A DNA stretch of 64,000 nucleotides from Promethearchaeota archaeon. Its GTDB lineage: Archaea; Asgardarchaeota; Lokiarchaeia; Sigyniarchaeales; SOKP01. Of the stretch, positions 1-9,548 are shown in pieces. The notes beneath the pieces are model-generated. The model was not told where the DNA came from, made no database searches, and saw only the letters and a program-made list of their open reading frames with translations. The DNA lies in assembly GCA_008080735.1 (NCBI GenBank), contig SHMW01000003.1:32001-96000 (forward strand). The letters are read 5' to 3'. Position numbers and translations under genes: made by a program. Each line of letters begins with the position of its first letter. Position 1 is the stretch's first letter.

Positions 1-2
1 TT

Positions 3-269
3 TTTAGCTTAATTTTACAAATTCCTTTTCCGTTTTATATGTTTATATTACTCCTAATTGGTCTTCTATCTATTATTTTGGGTATAATTCTCCATTTCAT
101 TTTAAAGAATTCAAAAAACAATCCCTCTAACTATATAAAAATAGAAAAAAGTAATGGTAATTCCATAATTTTAGTTAGATCACCATCGCAATCAAAATGG
201 ATACCCTACAATGTCTTTTTAGGAAATGCTTATCTTGAAGGTATGGAAATTAATGGAGATACCATTTAA
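3..269 (+). CDS. 3' end of a membrane protein, probably truncated by the window edge
   Basis: The frame of ORF 39..269 stays open back to base 3; hydrophobic helix followed by a soluble tail. Confidence 0.5.
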   Translation, partial: FSLILQIPFPFYMFILLLIGLLSIILGIILHFILKNSKNNPSNYIKIEKSNGNSIILVRSPSQSKWIPYNVFLGNAYLEGMEINGDTI

Positions 270-282
270 ACAGACTTATTAA

Positions 283-1089
283 TTATTTCGTAAATCCAGT
301 TATCGCGTTTAGAAATTCCTCTGGATTTTCCATGAATGGAAGATGCCCAGTGTTTTTTATATCCACTAATTTTGAATTAGGGATGAGATTATGGATTGCC
401 AAAGTAGCTTTTCTGAGATCTTTTTGGTCATGTTCAGAGGAGATCACCAGTGTGGGAGTACTAATTTTATGCAATTCAGGTTCTAAATTTCTTTCATAAA
501 AATATTTAATCGCACTTAATCCCGCGTGTTTAGCTGTTTTTAGTGAACTTTTTACGAAGAAATCTATTTCTTCCTCATTGGGCGGATTTAAGAAAAATCG
601 AGGCACCATTTTTCGCATTAATTTTTCTGGATTCTTTCGATACATTCTAATTGTCATTTTCCACACGATCTTGGAAAAAAGATTTCTTGCAAGATACGCT
701 GAGGTGTTTGAACTAATAAGGTGAGTCAGAGTTTCTGGATATCGAAGAGCATAATCAAGTACGATGTATCCTCCCATACTCTGTCCTAAGATAATGAAAC
801 CTTTATCCCAATTTAGGTGTTTTGCCAAATTATAGAGATCATTCGAAAAGACTTCGTGTGTATAATCCATCTCGGGTTTTGATGAGTCCCCATGTCCGCG
901 CAAGTCAGGCACCACGACATCATAGTCGTTTTTAACTAAGTCCGGAGTAAAACTATCCCACAACTCTTTGAAACCCGTCCAGCCATGAACAAGCATCATT
1001 TTCTGTGAATTGCCTTCTCCCCAGCGTTTATATGCAAGATCTAAGTTGCTTTCTATAGAATATTTGTTTACAATACCATTACTACTCAT
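283..1089 (-). CDS. alpha/beta hydrolase
   Basis: HG oxyanion motif (VHGW), DLRGHG, GQSMGG nucleophile elbow, C-terminal GH. Confidence 0.9.
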   Translation of the reverse strand: MSSNGIVNKYSIESNLDLAYKRWGEGNSQKMMLVHGWTGFKELWDSFTPDLVKNDYDVVVPDLRGHGDSSKPEMDYTHEVFSNDLYNLAKHLNWDKGFIILGQSMGGYIVLDYALRYPETLTHLISSNTSAYLARNLFSKIVWKMTIRMYRKNPEKLMRKMVPRFFLNPPNEEEIDFFVKSSLKTAKHAGLSAIKYFYERNLEPELHKISTPTLVISSEHDQKDLRKATLAIHNLIPNSKLVDIKNTGHLPFMENPEEFLNAITGFTK

Positions 1090-1215
1090 ATTGATAGCTC
1101 TTATTATAATTTTAATTCTTGAAAATCATAATGAAGGGTTTTCATAATAAGTTATGGGACTCTCTACCCATTCCCAATAAATAATTTTAAATACGAATTA
1201 TGATAAAAAAGTATA

Positions 1216-1302
1216 ATGATCTCATGTAATGCTAATGCGGAAGAGTCTATAGGTTTTGTGTGGGCTATAGCTCTGGCTATCGCCGCTGCAGTAGCATTAT
1301 AA
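1216..1302 (+). CDS. candidate 28-aa leader peptide MISCNANAEESIGFVWAIALAIAAAVAL upstream of ilvE
   Basis: Hand translation from ATG 1216 to TAA 1300-1302; TTTAAATA at 1186-1193 is placed for a leaderless start; distal half is almost all Ile/Val/Leu/Ala. Confidence 0.5.
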   Translation: MISCNANAEESIGFVWAIALAIAAAVAL

Positions 1303-1365
1303 AGCAAGATAGCTTTTCTTGACTTCTTTTAGGTATTATATTCTTTTGAAGGGCATCTTGCTTTT
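1226..1365 (+). promoter_or_regulatory. two adjacent stem-loops in the ilvE leader (attenuator-like)
   Basis: Hairpin 1: TAATGCTA 1227-1234 with TAGCATTA 1292-1299, inner CTATAG 1247-1252 with 1265-1270. Hairpin 2: AAAGCAAGAT 1301-1310 with ATCTTGCTTT 1355-1364, extended by GCTTTTC/GAAGGGC. Confidence 0.5.
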
Positions 1366-1437
1366 GTGGTATTCTTATCTAAATGAGGTCAGTCATAAAG
1401 CGCTTGTGGGAGATCTAAACAAAAAAAGTGAAAAAAT

Positions 1438-2472
1438 ATGCAAGCGACAAGAAAAGAAATAGATTTTAATAATCTTGGGTTTGATTTTATTCAAACTGAT
1501 TGGATGTTCCTTTCCGATTTCAAAAATTGCGAATGGGATGATGGTGAGCTCCTTCCTTACGGATCCATCGAATTATCTCCCTCGGCATGTATATTGAATT
1601 ACGGACAAGGAATTTTTGAAGGAATGAAAGCCTTAAAATCTAAGGATGGAAGAACGACATTATTTCGTCCCTCTGAAAATGCAAAGAGATTTATAAAAAG
1701 CGCAGAACGGTTAGTTATGCCCCCATTTGATGAATCAGAATTTTTAAATGCCGTGAAAAAAGTCGTGCGGGCAAATGAGCACTTCGTTCCTCCATATGAG
1801 ACGGGAGGGTCACTCTATATTCGTCCTTTGATGATCGGAACTGAGCCTTTATTAGGGATAAAGCCTGCTAAAGAGTACAAATTCATCATATTTTGCTCTC
1901 CTGTGGGACCCTATTTTCCAGAAGGATTTAGTAGCATTAATCTTCTTATATCTAAAAAATTCACTCGTGCCAGTCTTGGAGGGACAGGATTTTCAAAAAC
2001 GTGTTCGAATTATGCGGGGACCATGAAACCTGCAACCGAAGCCAAAAAAGACGGATATGACCAAATCCTTTATCTAGATTCAGTGTTTATGAAATACATC
2101 AGTGAAGTGGGATCCGCTAACTTTTGCGCGATAATAAATGATACATTAGTCACTCCGCGTTTAGATGGTACCATTCTTGAAGGTATCACATTGAAGTCTG
2201 TTCTGACCATCGCAGAAAAGAAATTTGGAATTAAGACCGAACAGAGAGATATATCATATCTGGAACTTTTCGAAGATAGTTGTACTGAAACTTTTTGTAC
2301 AGGCACAGCGGCGGTTATTACACCAATCGGTTCAATAACATATCAACACAAAACCAAGACCTTCAATAATCAAGAGCCCGGAGTTATTACCAAAAAATTA
2401 TATGATACTTTGGTTGGTATCCAGAGATTAGATATTGAAGATGAATTCGGATGGGTTCAAATTCTTGAGTAA
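1438..2472 (+). CDS. ilvE: branched-chain amino acid aminotransferase (bacterial-type)
   Basis: LNYGQGIFEGMKA, LYIRP, catalytic Lys in SKTCSNY, ILEGIT, GTAAVITP. Confidence 0.93.
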   Translation: MQATRKEIDFNNLGFDFIQTDWMFLSDFKNCEWDDGELLPYGSIELSPSACILNYGQGIFEGMKALKSKDGRTTLFRPSENAKRFIKSAERLVMPPFDESEFLNAVKKVVRANEHFVPPYETGGSLYIRPLMIGTEPLLGIKPAKEYKFIIFCSPVGPYFPEGFSSINLLISKKFTRASLGGTGFSKTCSNYAGTMKPATEAKKDGYDQILYLDSVFMKYISEVGSANFCAIINDTLVTPRLDGTILEGITLKSVLTIAEKKFGIKTEQRDISYLELFEDSCTETFCTGTAAVITPIGSITYQHKTKTFNNQEPGVITKKLYDTLVGIQRLDIEDEFGWVQILE

Positions 2473-2555
2473 TATTATTTCCTCTCTTTTTTTTTCTTAA
2501 TTTTTACTTTTCTTTCTTTGATTTTAACTATTCAAAGGTTATTTTCATATCAATT

Positions 2556-3587
2556 TTACATTTGGAAAAACAGAAATTTAAAAATTGTATATCCTATAAA
2601 AATACTCACCATTACTCCTGCTTCATATCTATTTAAAATTTCACTAGTCCAGAAGAATAAGAAGATGAAACCGATAGCAATAAATAACAATGGAATTTCG
2701 TAAATCAATAATACATTTGGGACCTTAAAACTTACAATTATAGCACCAGATCCTGTGGCTAATAAGATATCACAAATATTCGAGCCTAATATATCACCAA
2801 CCGCTATTCCAAATGAATCTCTCCGTATTGCTACAATACTCGCTATTAATTCGGGTAGACTGGTTTCCAACCCAAGGATAAAAATACCAACGATGTTTTC
2901 TGGGATACCGAATTCTCTTGCTAACTCATGACCCGATAATAAGGTAATTTCGGCACCAATGATTAAAGCTAATAATCCGAAAACCGTATATGCTAGATCT
3001 TTTGATATTGAACAATCTGGTGTCTCTTTCTTCTCACAATCAGGTTTAATCTCTTCAAACTCAATTCCATCTCTTTGTCTCAAAAATTCTTGGATCTCCC
3101 TTTGCTTTCTGGTTACGCGGCGCTCACTGTAGATTATAAGTATTAAATAGATTATATATGAAATGATGAGAATTAAAGCTTCAATTTGAGTGATTATTCC
3201 ATCCAATGCAATAATGAAGAAAATAAATAGTGCTATTGCCATACTCACACCCTCTCTCTTAAGTTTCCATCGACTAATAAAAATTGGCTGAATTATACCA
3301 AGAATTCCAATTATTAAGGTAATTTGGGTAAGGAATGAACCCACTTTATTCCCGATCACAATAGCGTCTATGCCATGGTTTAAGCCAAATATTTTATCGA
3401 TTCCTCCCATTATACTAACAGCGATTTCCGGAAGACTTGTCCCAATCGACAGAATCGTCAACCCAATTAAAAGTTGGCTAATTCCAAACCTTAAGGCCAA
3501 ATTTTCTAATCCAATGACTACTAATTTCGACCCAAAGTACAACCCAAGAAATCCTAAACAGAGACCAATGATTATTGCCCATAGCAT
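2556..3587 (-). CDS. Na+/Ca2+ (CaCA, YrbG-like) antiporter
   Basis: Two alpha repeats: GTSLPE..GNKVGS and ETSLPE..GDILGSN; about 10 TM helices. Confidence 0.9.
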   Translation of the reverse strand: MLWAIIIGLCLGFLGLYFGSKLVVIGLENLALRFGISQLLIGLTILSIGTSLPEIAVSIMGGIDKIFGLNHGIDAIVIGNKVGSFLTQITLIIGILGIIQPIFISRWKLKREGVSMAIALFIFFIIALDGIITQIEALILIISYIIYLILIIYSERRVTRKQREIQEFLRQRDGIEFEEIKPDCEKKETPDCSISKDLAYTVFGLLALIIGAEITLLSGHELAREFGIPENIVGIFILGLETSLPELIASIVAIRRDSFGIAVGDILGSNICDILLATGSGAIIVSFKVPNVLLIYEIPLLFIAIGFIFLFFWTSEILNRYEAGVMVSIFIGYTIFKFLFFQM

Positions 3588-3795
3588 TTGAAAAATTAAT
3601 ATGCTAATTCTATAAAAAATTAAGGAAAAGCAAAATCAGAATCACCAAAATTATGAATAATTATTGGATATTTTTTCCAATGAATTAATTTGACGATTTA
3701 ACAAAATAAAATAATAAGATTGTGGTTATCAGACGACCTCCATCATTGCTTTAACTTGTCCTTAGGTTAAAATATTTTTTTTTAAAAAAGGAAGG

Positions 3796-4629
3796 TTAAA
3801 TTAAATTTCCGCAATAATTCCCGCCAAAGGGTCGCTTAGAGATTGGCTTAATCACTTGAAAGGGTTTATGCCCTATCATTTCATAGGGAATACTGAAAAT
3901 CTCACAAAACTCTTTGATAAAAGGAGTTATTGTCCTTTCTGTTTCTTTTTTTAGCTCATAAACCTTAGCTCCTACACCTAACCTTGTTTCTAAATCCTCA
4001 TCGGTTCTGAGCACTATTTTGCCTCTATGGATACCTGTACCTAATTCTCCTCCGCAGATCGGATATTCACTTTCAACAACCGTTCCATCATCTCGAATGT
4101 CCAATCCCAATACAATGATCAATCCTCCCGCCATATATTCTCCCAAAAAATCTTTTGCGGTTCCTCCGATAAGCACTACGGGAAATTTTTGTTTATATTC
4201 CTTGATATGAATCCCAACTCTGTATCCTACATCTTCTTTAATATAAATTTTCCCCCCTCGCGCCGAAAGCCCTATTACATCTCCACCATCACCGTGTATA
4301 ATCAATGTTCCATCATTCATCGTATTCCCTGCTTGATCTTCACAATTTCCATTCACAACGATTCGTGGACCATCCATAAAAATTCCAAGATCATTTCCAG
4401 GAAGGCCGTTAATTTCAAGTTTTAAGTCTCCTTGTAGGGACGCACCGATGAATCGTTGACCGCACACATCATTTAACACAACTTTTGAATACCCATTTCT
4501 AAGTGCACCATGAATTTTTTCGTTTAAATCTTTATAATTGAGAGGCCGACCGTTTGGAGCAGCATCAATCTGAATCGATCCTTTCTTTTTCATTTCATAT
4601 TCTAATTTCTGATTTTTGTTTTCAATCAT
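3796..4629 (-). CDS. glutamate synthase domain 3 (GXGXG beta-helix, GltB3/GlxC)
   Basis: GQRFIG, GNDLGIFMDG, DFLGEYMAGG repeats; follows the FMN-domain gene after 18 bp. Confidence 0.88.
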   Translation of the reverse strand: MIENKNQKLEYEMKKKGSIQIDAAPNGRPLNYKDLNEKIHGALRNGYSKVVLNDVCGQRFIGASLQGDLKLEINGLPGNDLGIFMDGPRIVVNGNCEDQAGNTMNDGTLIIHGDGGDVIGLSARGGKIYIKEDVGYRVGIHIKEYKQKFPVVLIGGTAKDFLGEYMAGGLIIVLGLDIRDDGTVVESEYPICGGELGTGIHRGKIVLRTDEDLETRLGVGAKVYELKKETERTITPFIKEFCEIFSIPYEMIGHKPFQVIKPISKRPFGGNYCGNLI

Positions 4630-4647
4630 ATTTTGTTCTCCATCTTT

Positions 4648-6168
4648 TTATTCGCCCGCATGTTTTACACCCAATATATCGGCGATTTTAGGGTTTGGTC
4701 CTATATAACGCAACCGATCTCGATTTGATCGGAGTGATTCCACCGAATCAATTCCCATCGCTCCTAAAACTTCTTTCAATTCCTCATTCCAGCTATGAAA
4801 CAAGTTAATTATACGATTTCGAGCGACATCTATATCTAATCGCTTTACTAAATATTCTTGTTGAGTTGCTATCCCCCACGAGCAGAGCCCTCTGAAGCAT
4901 TGCTGACAGACCCTACATCCCATCGCAATTAACACGGGCATACTACACATTCCAACATCTGCCCCCAAGGCGATTGCTTTAATTAAATCCGCAGAATATC
5001 GGATAGACCCGCCCGCAACTAATGTAACTTCATCCCGAAGGTTTTCCTCACGGAGTCGCGAATCAACCGCGGCGATCGCTAATTCAATCGGTATTCCTGC
5101 ATGATCTCTAATAATTCTGGGTGCCGCGCCTGTACCACCCCGAAATCCGTCGATAGTCAGAAAATCTGCACCGCCCCTGACAATACCAACAGCGATAGGT
5201 GCTGAATTGTGAACTGCGGCGATTTTGACACCTATAGGAACTTTATAACGTGTTGCCTCTTTTAACGCTGAAATTAACTGTGCGAGATCTTCGATGGAGT
5301 AAATATCATGATGAGGATAGGGTGAAAGTGCGTCAGATCCTTTAGGTATCATCCTCGTCTCTGAGATAAGAGAGTTTACCTTTTCTCCCGGCAGATGGCC
5401 TCCGTGTCCTGGCTTAGCTCCTTGCCCAATTTTAATTTCGATGCCAGCAGCATTTTGTAAATAATTAATATCGACTCCGAAACGTCCAGAAGCAATCTCG
5501 GTGATGATATTAGGGCCATATTCGTAAAAGTCTTTATGCAGACCTCCTTCACCTGAACCAGCTAATATCTTGAGTTCTTTTACTGCCTGATAAATAGCCA
5601 TGCAAGCATTATAGCTGATAGATCCTAAACTCATATGTCCGACCATAATCGGGGAATCAATTTCAAAATTAGGCATAAATTCAGTTTTCAGTGAAATCTC
5701 GTTCGGATTTTCAGCATTTTCTGAAAACACAATTTGTTTAGGTTTTCTACCAAAAAACACTTTCGTTTCAATTGTCTCTCGTAGAGGATCGATACTCGGA
5801 TTAGTAACTTGACATGCATCAAGAAGTAAATCGTCAAATATCGTTCTTATTGGGCGATCATTTCCCGTCGCAGAGAGTAAAACTCCTCCATCACCTGACT
5901 GAGACCAGATTACGTTCCTTATTCTTCGAGTATAGTTTCCATGGGGTGGTAGATATGAGTCGTTTTTCTCAATTCTTATAGCCCCCGCTGGACACATCGC
6001 GACGCATCTTTGACAAGCAACGCATTTCGGATCGTCAGATACGATACGTTCCCCATTGAAAGATAAAGCCTCATAACTACAGTGATTCGTGCACCTTTTG
6101 CATTTTTTACATAGCTCTCTATCCACTTTCACATGGAAATATGAGGGAACGCTGTGTTGTAAAGACAT
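4648..6168 (-). CDS. glutamate synthase FMN-binding domain with N-terminal 2x[4Fe-4S] (GltB2)
   Basis: CxxCxxCxxxC twice, SGEGG, IASGRFGV, EIKIGQGAKPGHGGHLPGEKV, PHHDIYSIEDL, C-terminal Cys cluster. Confidence 0.93.
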   Translation of the reverse strand: MSLQHSVPSYFHVKVDRELCKKCKRCTNHCSYEALSFNGERIVSDDPKCVACQRCVAMCPAGAIRIEKNDSYLPPHGNYTRRIRNVIWSQSGDGGVLLSATGNDRPIRTIFDDLLLDACQVTNPSIDPLRETIETKVFFGRKPKQIVFSENAENPNEISLKTEFMPNFEIDSPIMVGHMSLGSISYNACMAIYQAVKELKILAGSGEGGLHKDFYEYGPNIITEIASGRFGVDINYLQNAAGIEIKIGQGAKPGHGGHLPGEKVNSLISETRMIPKGSDALSPYPHHDIYSIEDLAQLISALKEATRYKVPIGVKIAAVHNSAPIAVGIVRGGADFLTIDGFRGGTGAAPRIIRDHAGIPIELAIAAVDSRLREENLRDEVTLVAGGSIRYSADLIKAIALGADVGMCSMPVLIAMGCRVCQQCFRGLCSWGIATQQEYLVKRLDIDVARNRIINLFHSWNEELKEVLGAMGIDSVESLRSNRDRLRYIGPNPKIADILGVKHAGE

Positions 6169-6253
6169 TTTTTACTTTTTTACTCTTAAATGATGGTTAT
6201 AATATATTTATTATTAAGTATATATATTATTTATGATTATCTTATATGAAATA

Positions 6254-6276
6254 TAGTCTAGATATATCAGATATAT
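6254..6276. promoter_or_regulatory. candidate nitrogen-regulon box (tandem TAGTCTAGATATAT / palindrome ATATATCAGATATAT)
   Basis: 15-bp palindrome at 6262-6276 upstream of the GltB2 gene; related boxes precede hdrBC-gltB1, glnA, the second GOGAT-like gene and gdhA. Confidence 0.4.
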
Positions 6277-6683
6277 TCTATAATAATAAAGAATTTGGGT
6301 TTTATCATTTGATATGCGAGAAAACTCACTCCTTTTAAGGGGTGCGTAATTCTCTTTTAGTCACGAGTATTTTCTAAGGATTTTTAGTTAGATATATGAA
6401 TTTTTTCCAATATCTTAAATTAATTTCCTTTAAACATGAAATATTTTAGGATTTGGAGCCGATCAACATAGGATTATTAAAATGAATAAGGAGTTGTGCT
6501 CATTTAAAATTTATGTTAGATGCTAATTTCGTAAATTCTTTTAGAAAGTTTTTTAAAGATGGATTCTCCAGTTTTACATTCTTTAGATATGCATTAGATA
6601 ATAGTTTAAAGGCAGCTTGAATAGTATGAATTGAAATCATAAAAATATCTGAACAAAGCTAACTCCACCAATAAAAGATTTTT

Positions 6684-7880
6684 TCAACTTCGAATTGCTC
6701 CCTCGACTTTGAGATTAATTTTTTCGAAAGGTTTTTCTAAACCGTCTCTCAGTATTCCCTCTCCTATCCTTGCGACTATCGCAGTACCGCTCTTTGGGTG
6801 CCATACATTCTTAAAATTATATTCCTCGATTAGTTTTAGGCGCTTAAATGAAGCTTCCTCACTGCTTAAAAAAAGCGAATCATCATTCTCAGAAATAGCT
6901 GCAACTAATGGGCGTAATTTTTTTCTATCTGAGAGCCCTACCAAAGTTGGTTTTGGATCGGTCAGACCAACCACTATCGAAAATGGTCCATTGAGCATCG
7001 CAGACCTATATGTTGCACGGACATTTTTCAGAGCTATTTGATAATTTTGTTCCATTGTTTCGATATTACTAAATAATGGCGGAGCCAATGCCATGGTCGC
7101 AATTGGAACGGGCATTTTATGTTTACGGATTAATAGATCAAATAAATAGGCGATTACTTCAGTGTCGGTAAATAGAGTACATTTATATCCAAATGATTCT
7201 AAATACCTCATATTTGTTCCATAAGAAGTTATTTCCCCGTTATGTACAACGCTTGTGCCTAATAAATTAAAAGGATGCGCGCCCCCCCACCATCCTGGAG
7301 TATTCGTAGGAAATCGGGAATGAGCTAACCACATATACGCCTTATAATCTTTAATTTTGTAAAAATCGGCTATTTCGTGGGACCATCCATTTCCTTTAAA
7401 CACTCCCATATTTTTACCGGAGGATATAACAAACACACCCTTGAACTTTTCATTTATATGCATAACCAATTGAACAACTTGCTCATCTTCTGAGATGCTT
7501 TTTTTTTTTTTAGGTTCATAAAAAACTCTCCAGGTAATAGGAGGATTATCTATATTATGCGGTGCTAAGGTTGGGATTGGTTCTGATTGAATAATGTATC
7601 CCACTTCATCCAAATAGTGCAATAATTTCTCCTTACATTCTTCGGTATCTATGAGAAAATGAAGAGCATAATAATCTTTATAATTGGGATATATTCCATA
7701 GCCCGCAAATCCCGCGCCTAATCCATTTTCTCTTTCGCTTAAAATACACAACATATCGATGATTTGGTCACCACTATCACGTTTTCCATCAATATTAATA
7801 TATCCAGAGATTCCACAACCATCAAACACACGTTGATTGCGAAATTTCTCGGGTAAACTTGTATAATTATTCCAATTCAT
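6684..7880 (-). CDS. glutamate synthase domain 1, class II glutamine amidotransferase (GltB1/GlxB)
   Basis: Propeptide then CGI nucleophile, RENGLGAG, HSRFPTNT, AHPF, HNGEI, TDTE. Confidence 0.92.
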   Translation of the reverse strand: MNWNNYTSLPEKFRNQRVFDGCGISGYINIDGKRDSGDQIIDMLCILSERENGLGAGFAGYGIYPNYKDYYALHFLIDTEECKEKLLHYLDEVGYIIQSEPIPTLAPHNIDNPPITWRVFYEPKKKKSISEDEQVVQLVMHINEKFKGVFVISSGKNMGVFKGNGWSHEIADFYKIKDYKAYMWLAHSRFPTNTPGWWGGAHPFNLLGTSVVHNGEITSYGTNMRYLESFGYKCTLFTDTEVIAYLFDLLIRKHKMPVPIATMALAPPLFSNIETMEQNYQIALKNVRATYRSAMLNGPFSIVVGLTDPKPTLVGLSDRKKLRPLVAAISENDDSLFLSSEEASFKRLKLIEEYNFKNVWHPKSGTAIVARIGEGILRDGLEKPFEKINLKVEGAIRS

Positions 7881-7886
7881 TTTTTT

Positions 7887-9227
7887 TCAGTACGGTTCTC
7901 TAACTTTTTTTTCTAATTTATTTATTAATATTTTTAAATCTTCTAATTCGGGTTTCTTAGATTTTAATCCTACCCTTTTTCGTGCGGATTTTGAAAACAT
8001 TGCCACGGTTCCCATTTTTTTAAATGCTTCTATCTCTTGTGAGAATCCATCAGTACTATTCCCCTTATTTTGGGCCAAATTACGTAGAGTAGTAAAAATT
8101 TCCACCAACCCAACCCGCATCGGACATAATTCATAACACACATAGCAATCGAGACATAGCCATATGGACGAGTCTGTAAGCACTTGCTCTAATCGGCCAT
8201 TTAAGATTTTTTTAACAATTTCTTGCGGATTAAATGTCTGGGGCATATATTTTGCGACAGGACAATCGCTGTTACATGCGCCACATGAGTAACATTCTTT
8301 CAAGAATTCCACATCAAAATATTTTTTAATTTCTTTGTTCTTTTCGTGAATTGAATCGATTTTAGCAAATATTTTCTCTACTGGAGTTCGATGGTATTTC
8401 TTGATAATGTCTCTGATATCAATCCCTAATGCAATACAGAGCAATTCAGAATAGTAAAATACAGGAATATCGAATTCATAGTCTAATCTTTTCAGCTCTC
8501 TTTGAAGATGATCGAACTGCATAAAACATTGAGGACACCCCACCACGATCGCATCTGCGCCTACTTCCTTTATGCTTTCTAGCTTTGAATGGATCATTTC
8601 TAATCCCGCATCAGAATTCCCCGCCCTCTCTAAACTTCCTCCGCAACAGTCCATTTTGTGGATATAATCAACACTTTTTGCTCCTAAATCTTCGATTAGC
8701 TTGTCAAAAATATGCGGTTCCATCGGATCGTCCATTTGTATCTTATTACTTGGTCGGAGAAAATGACACCCATAATGAACCGCAACTTTTAGAGATGTTA
8801 AGGGATATTTTATCTTTTCTTTAATGGTATCGCTTCCTAACTGATGAAAAAATTCAACGAGGTGGAATACATCGCTGTCTCCTTCAACTTTTAGGTTTAT
8901 TTCACTCAAATGGTTATTCATTTTTTCACGAAAATGGCTATCCACTCTGAGTTCACTCCGAATTCCTTTTAATGTCTCAAAACACCCGTTACAAGGAGTT
9001 AAAATATCTTTTTCTTGGGTTTCAGCTAATGCAAGATTTCTTGATGCGGTGATGGAATATAAGACGGAATCCGTATTTTTAATTCCATTTGGTTCTGGAC
9101 AACATGAAAATTTCTCATTCTCCCAATAATTAATCTCAAAATGCTCTAAAGCTTTTTTCACTGATACTTCGATGAAGGGTAATCGATAACTAATCATGCA
9201 ACCTGGGAAAAGTACTATATCATCCAT
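7887..9227 (-). CDS. heterodisulfide reductase HdrB-HdrC fusion protein
   Basis: HdrB CCG domains (FPGC, SCCPEP, PCNGC, HYGCH, CCGG, CPQC) followed by HdrC-type CYSCGACNSDCP and WLCLDCYVCYELCP. Confidence 0.88.
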   Translation of the reverse strand: MDDIVLFPGCMISYRLPFIEVSVKKALEHFEINYWENEKFSCCPEPNGIKNTDSVLYSITASRNLALAETQEKDILTPCNGCFETLKGIRSELRVDSHFREKMNNHLSEINLKVEGDSDVFHLVEFFHQLGSDTIKEKIKYPLTSLKVAVHYGCHFLRPSNKIQMDDPMEPHIFDKLIEDLGAKSVDYIHKMDCCGGSLERAGNSDAGLEMIHSKLESIKEVGADAIVVGCPQCFMQFDHLQRELKRLDYEFDIPVFYYSELLCIALGIDIRDIIKKYHRTPVEKIFAKIDSIHEKNKEIKKYFDVEFLKECYSCGACNSDCPVAKYMPQTFNPQEIVKKILNGRLEQVLTDSSIWLCLDCYVCYELCPMRVGLVEIFTTLRNLAQNKGNSTDGFSQEIEAFKKMGTVAMFSKSARKRVGLKSKKPELEDLKILINKLEKKVREPY

Positions 9228-9387
9228 TCGAAACGGCCTAAAGATAGTCTATTTTTTTTAATAAATAATTATATCTGACCTATATAATATATACTAACTT
9301 AATTTATAAAAATTTCTGTGAGATACAGAAGTTTTATTATTCTTCATTTAGGGTCCTATAAATATCTCAGTATTATAGTTAACAAGC

Positions 9388-9401
9388 TATATTGGATATA
9401 T
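9388..9401. promoter_or_regulatory. candidate nitrogen-regulon box TATATTGGATATAT
   Basis: Identical 14-mer at 32942-32955; lies upstream of the hdrBC-gltB1 unit. Confidence 0.4.
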
Positions 9402-9548
9402 CAGATGAATTTAGATATATTTCCCGAGATGATTCACACTCATAAATTGAATTATTGGATATAGACTTATATCGAAATATTTAACTCATTCTTTTTAAGC
9501 GAGGGGTGATTCTTTACATTTAGAAAATTCAAAATAAAGGCGTCTCTA

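Noticed and set aside
6360-6650. Possible decayed gene on the minus strand between the GOGAT genes
   Set aside because: The frame has several stops and no recognisable motif, so it cannot be assigned.
7887-9227. Selenocysteine in the Hdr protein
   Set aside because: No internal TGA; the terminal TGA follows a complete HdrC domain and the next gene starts 6 bp later.
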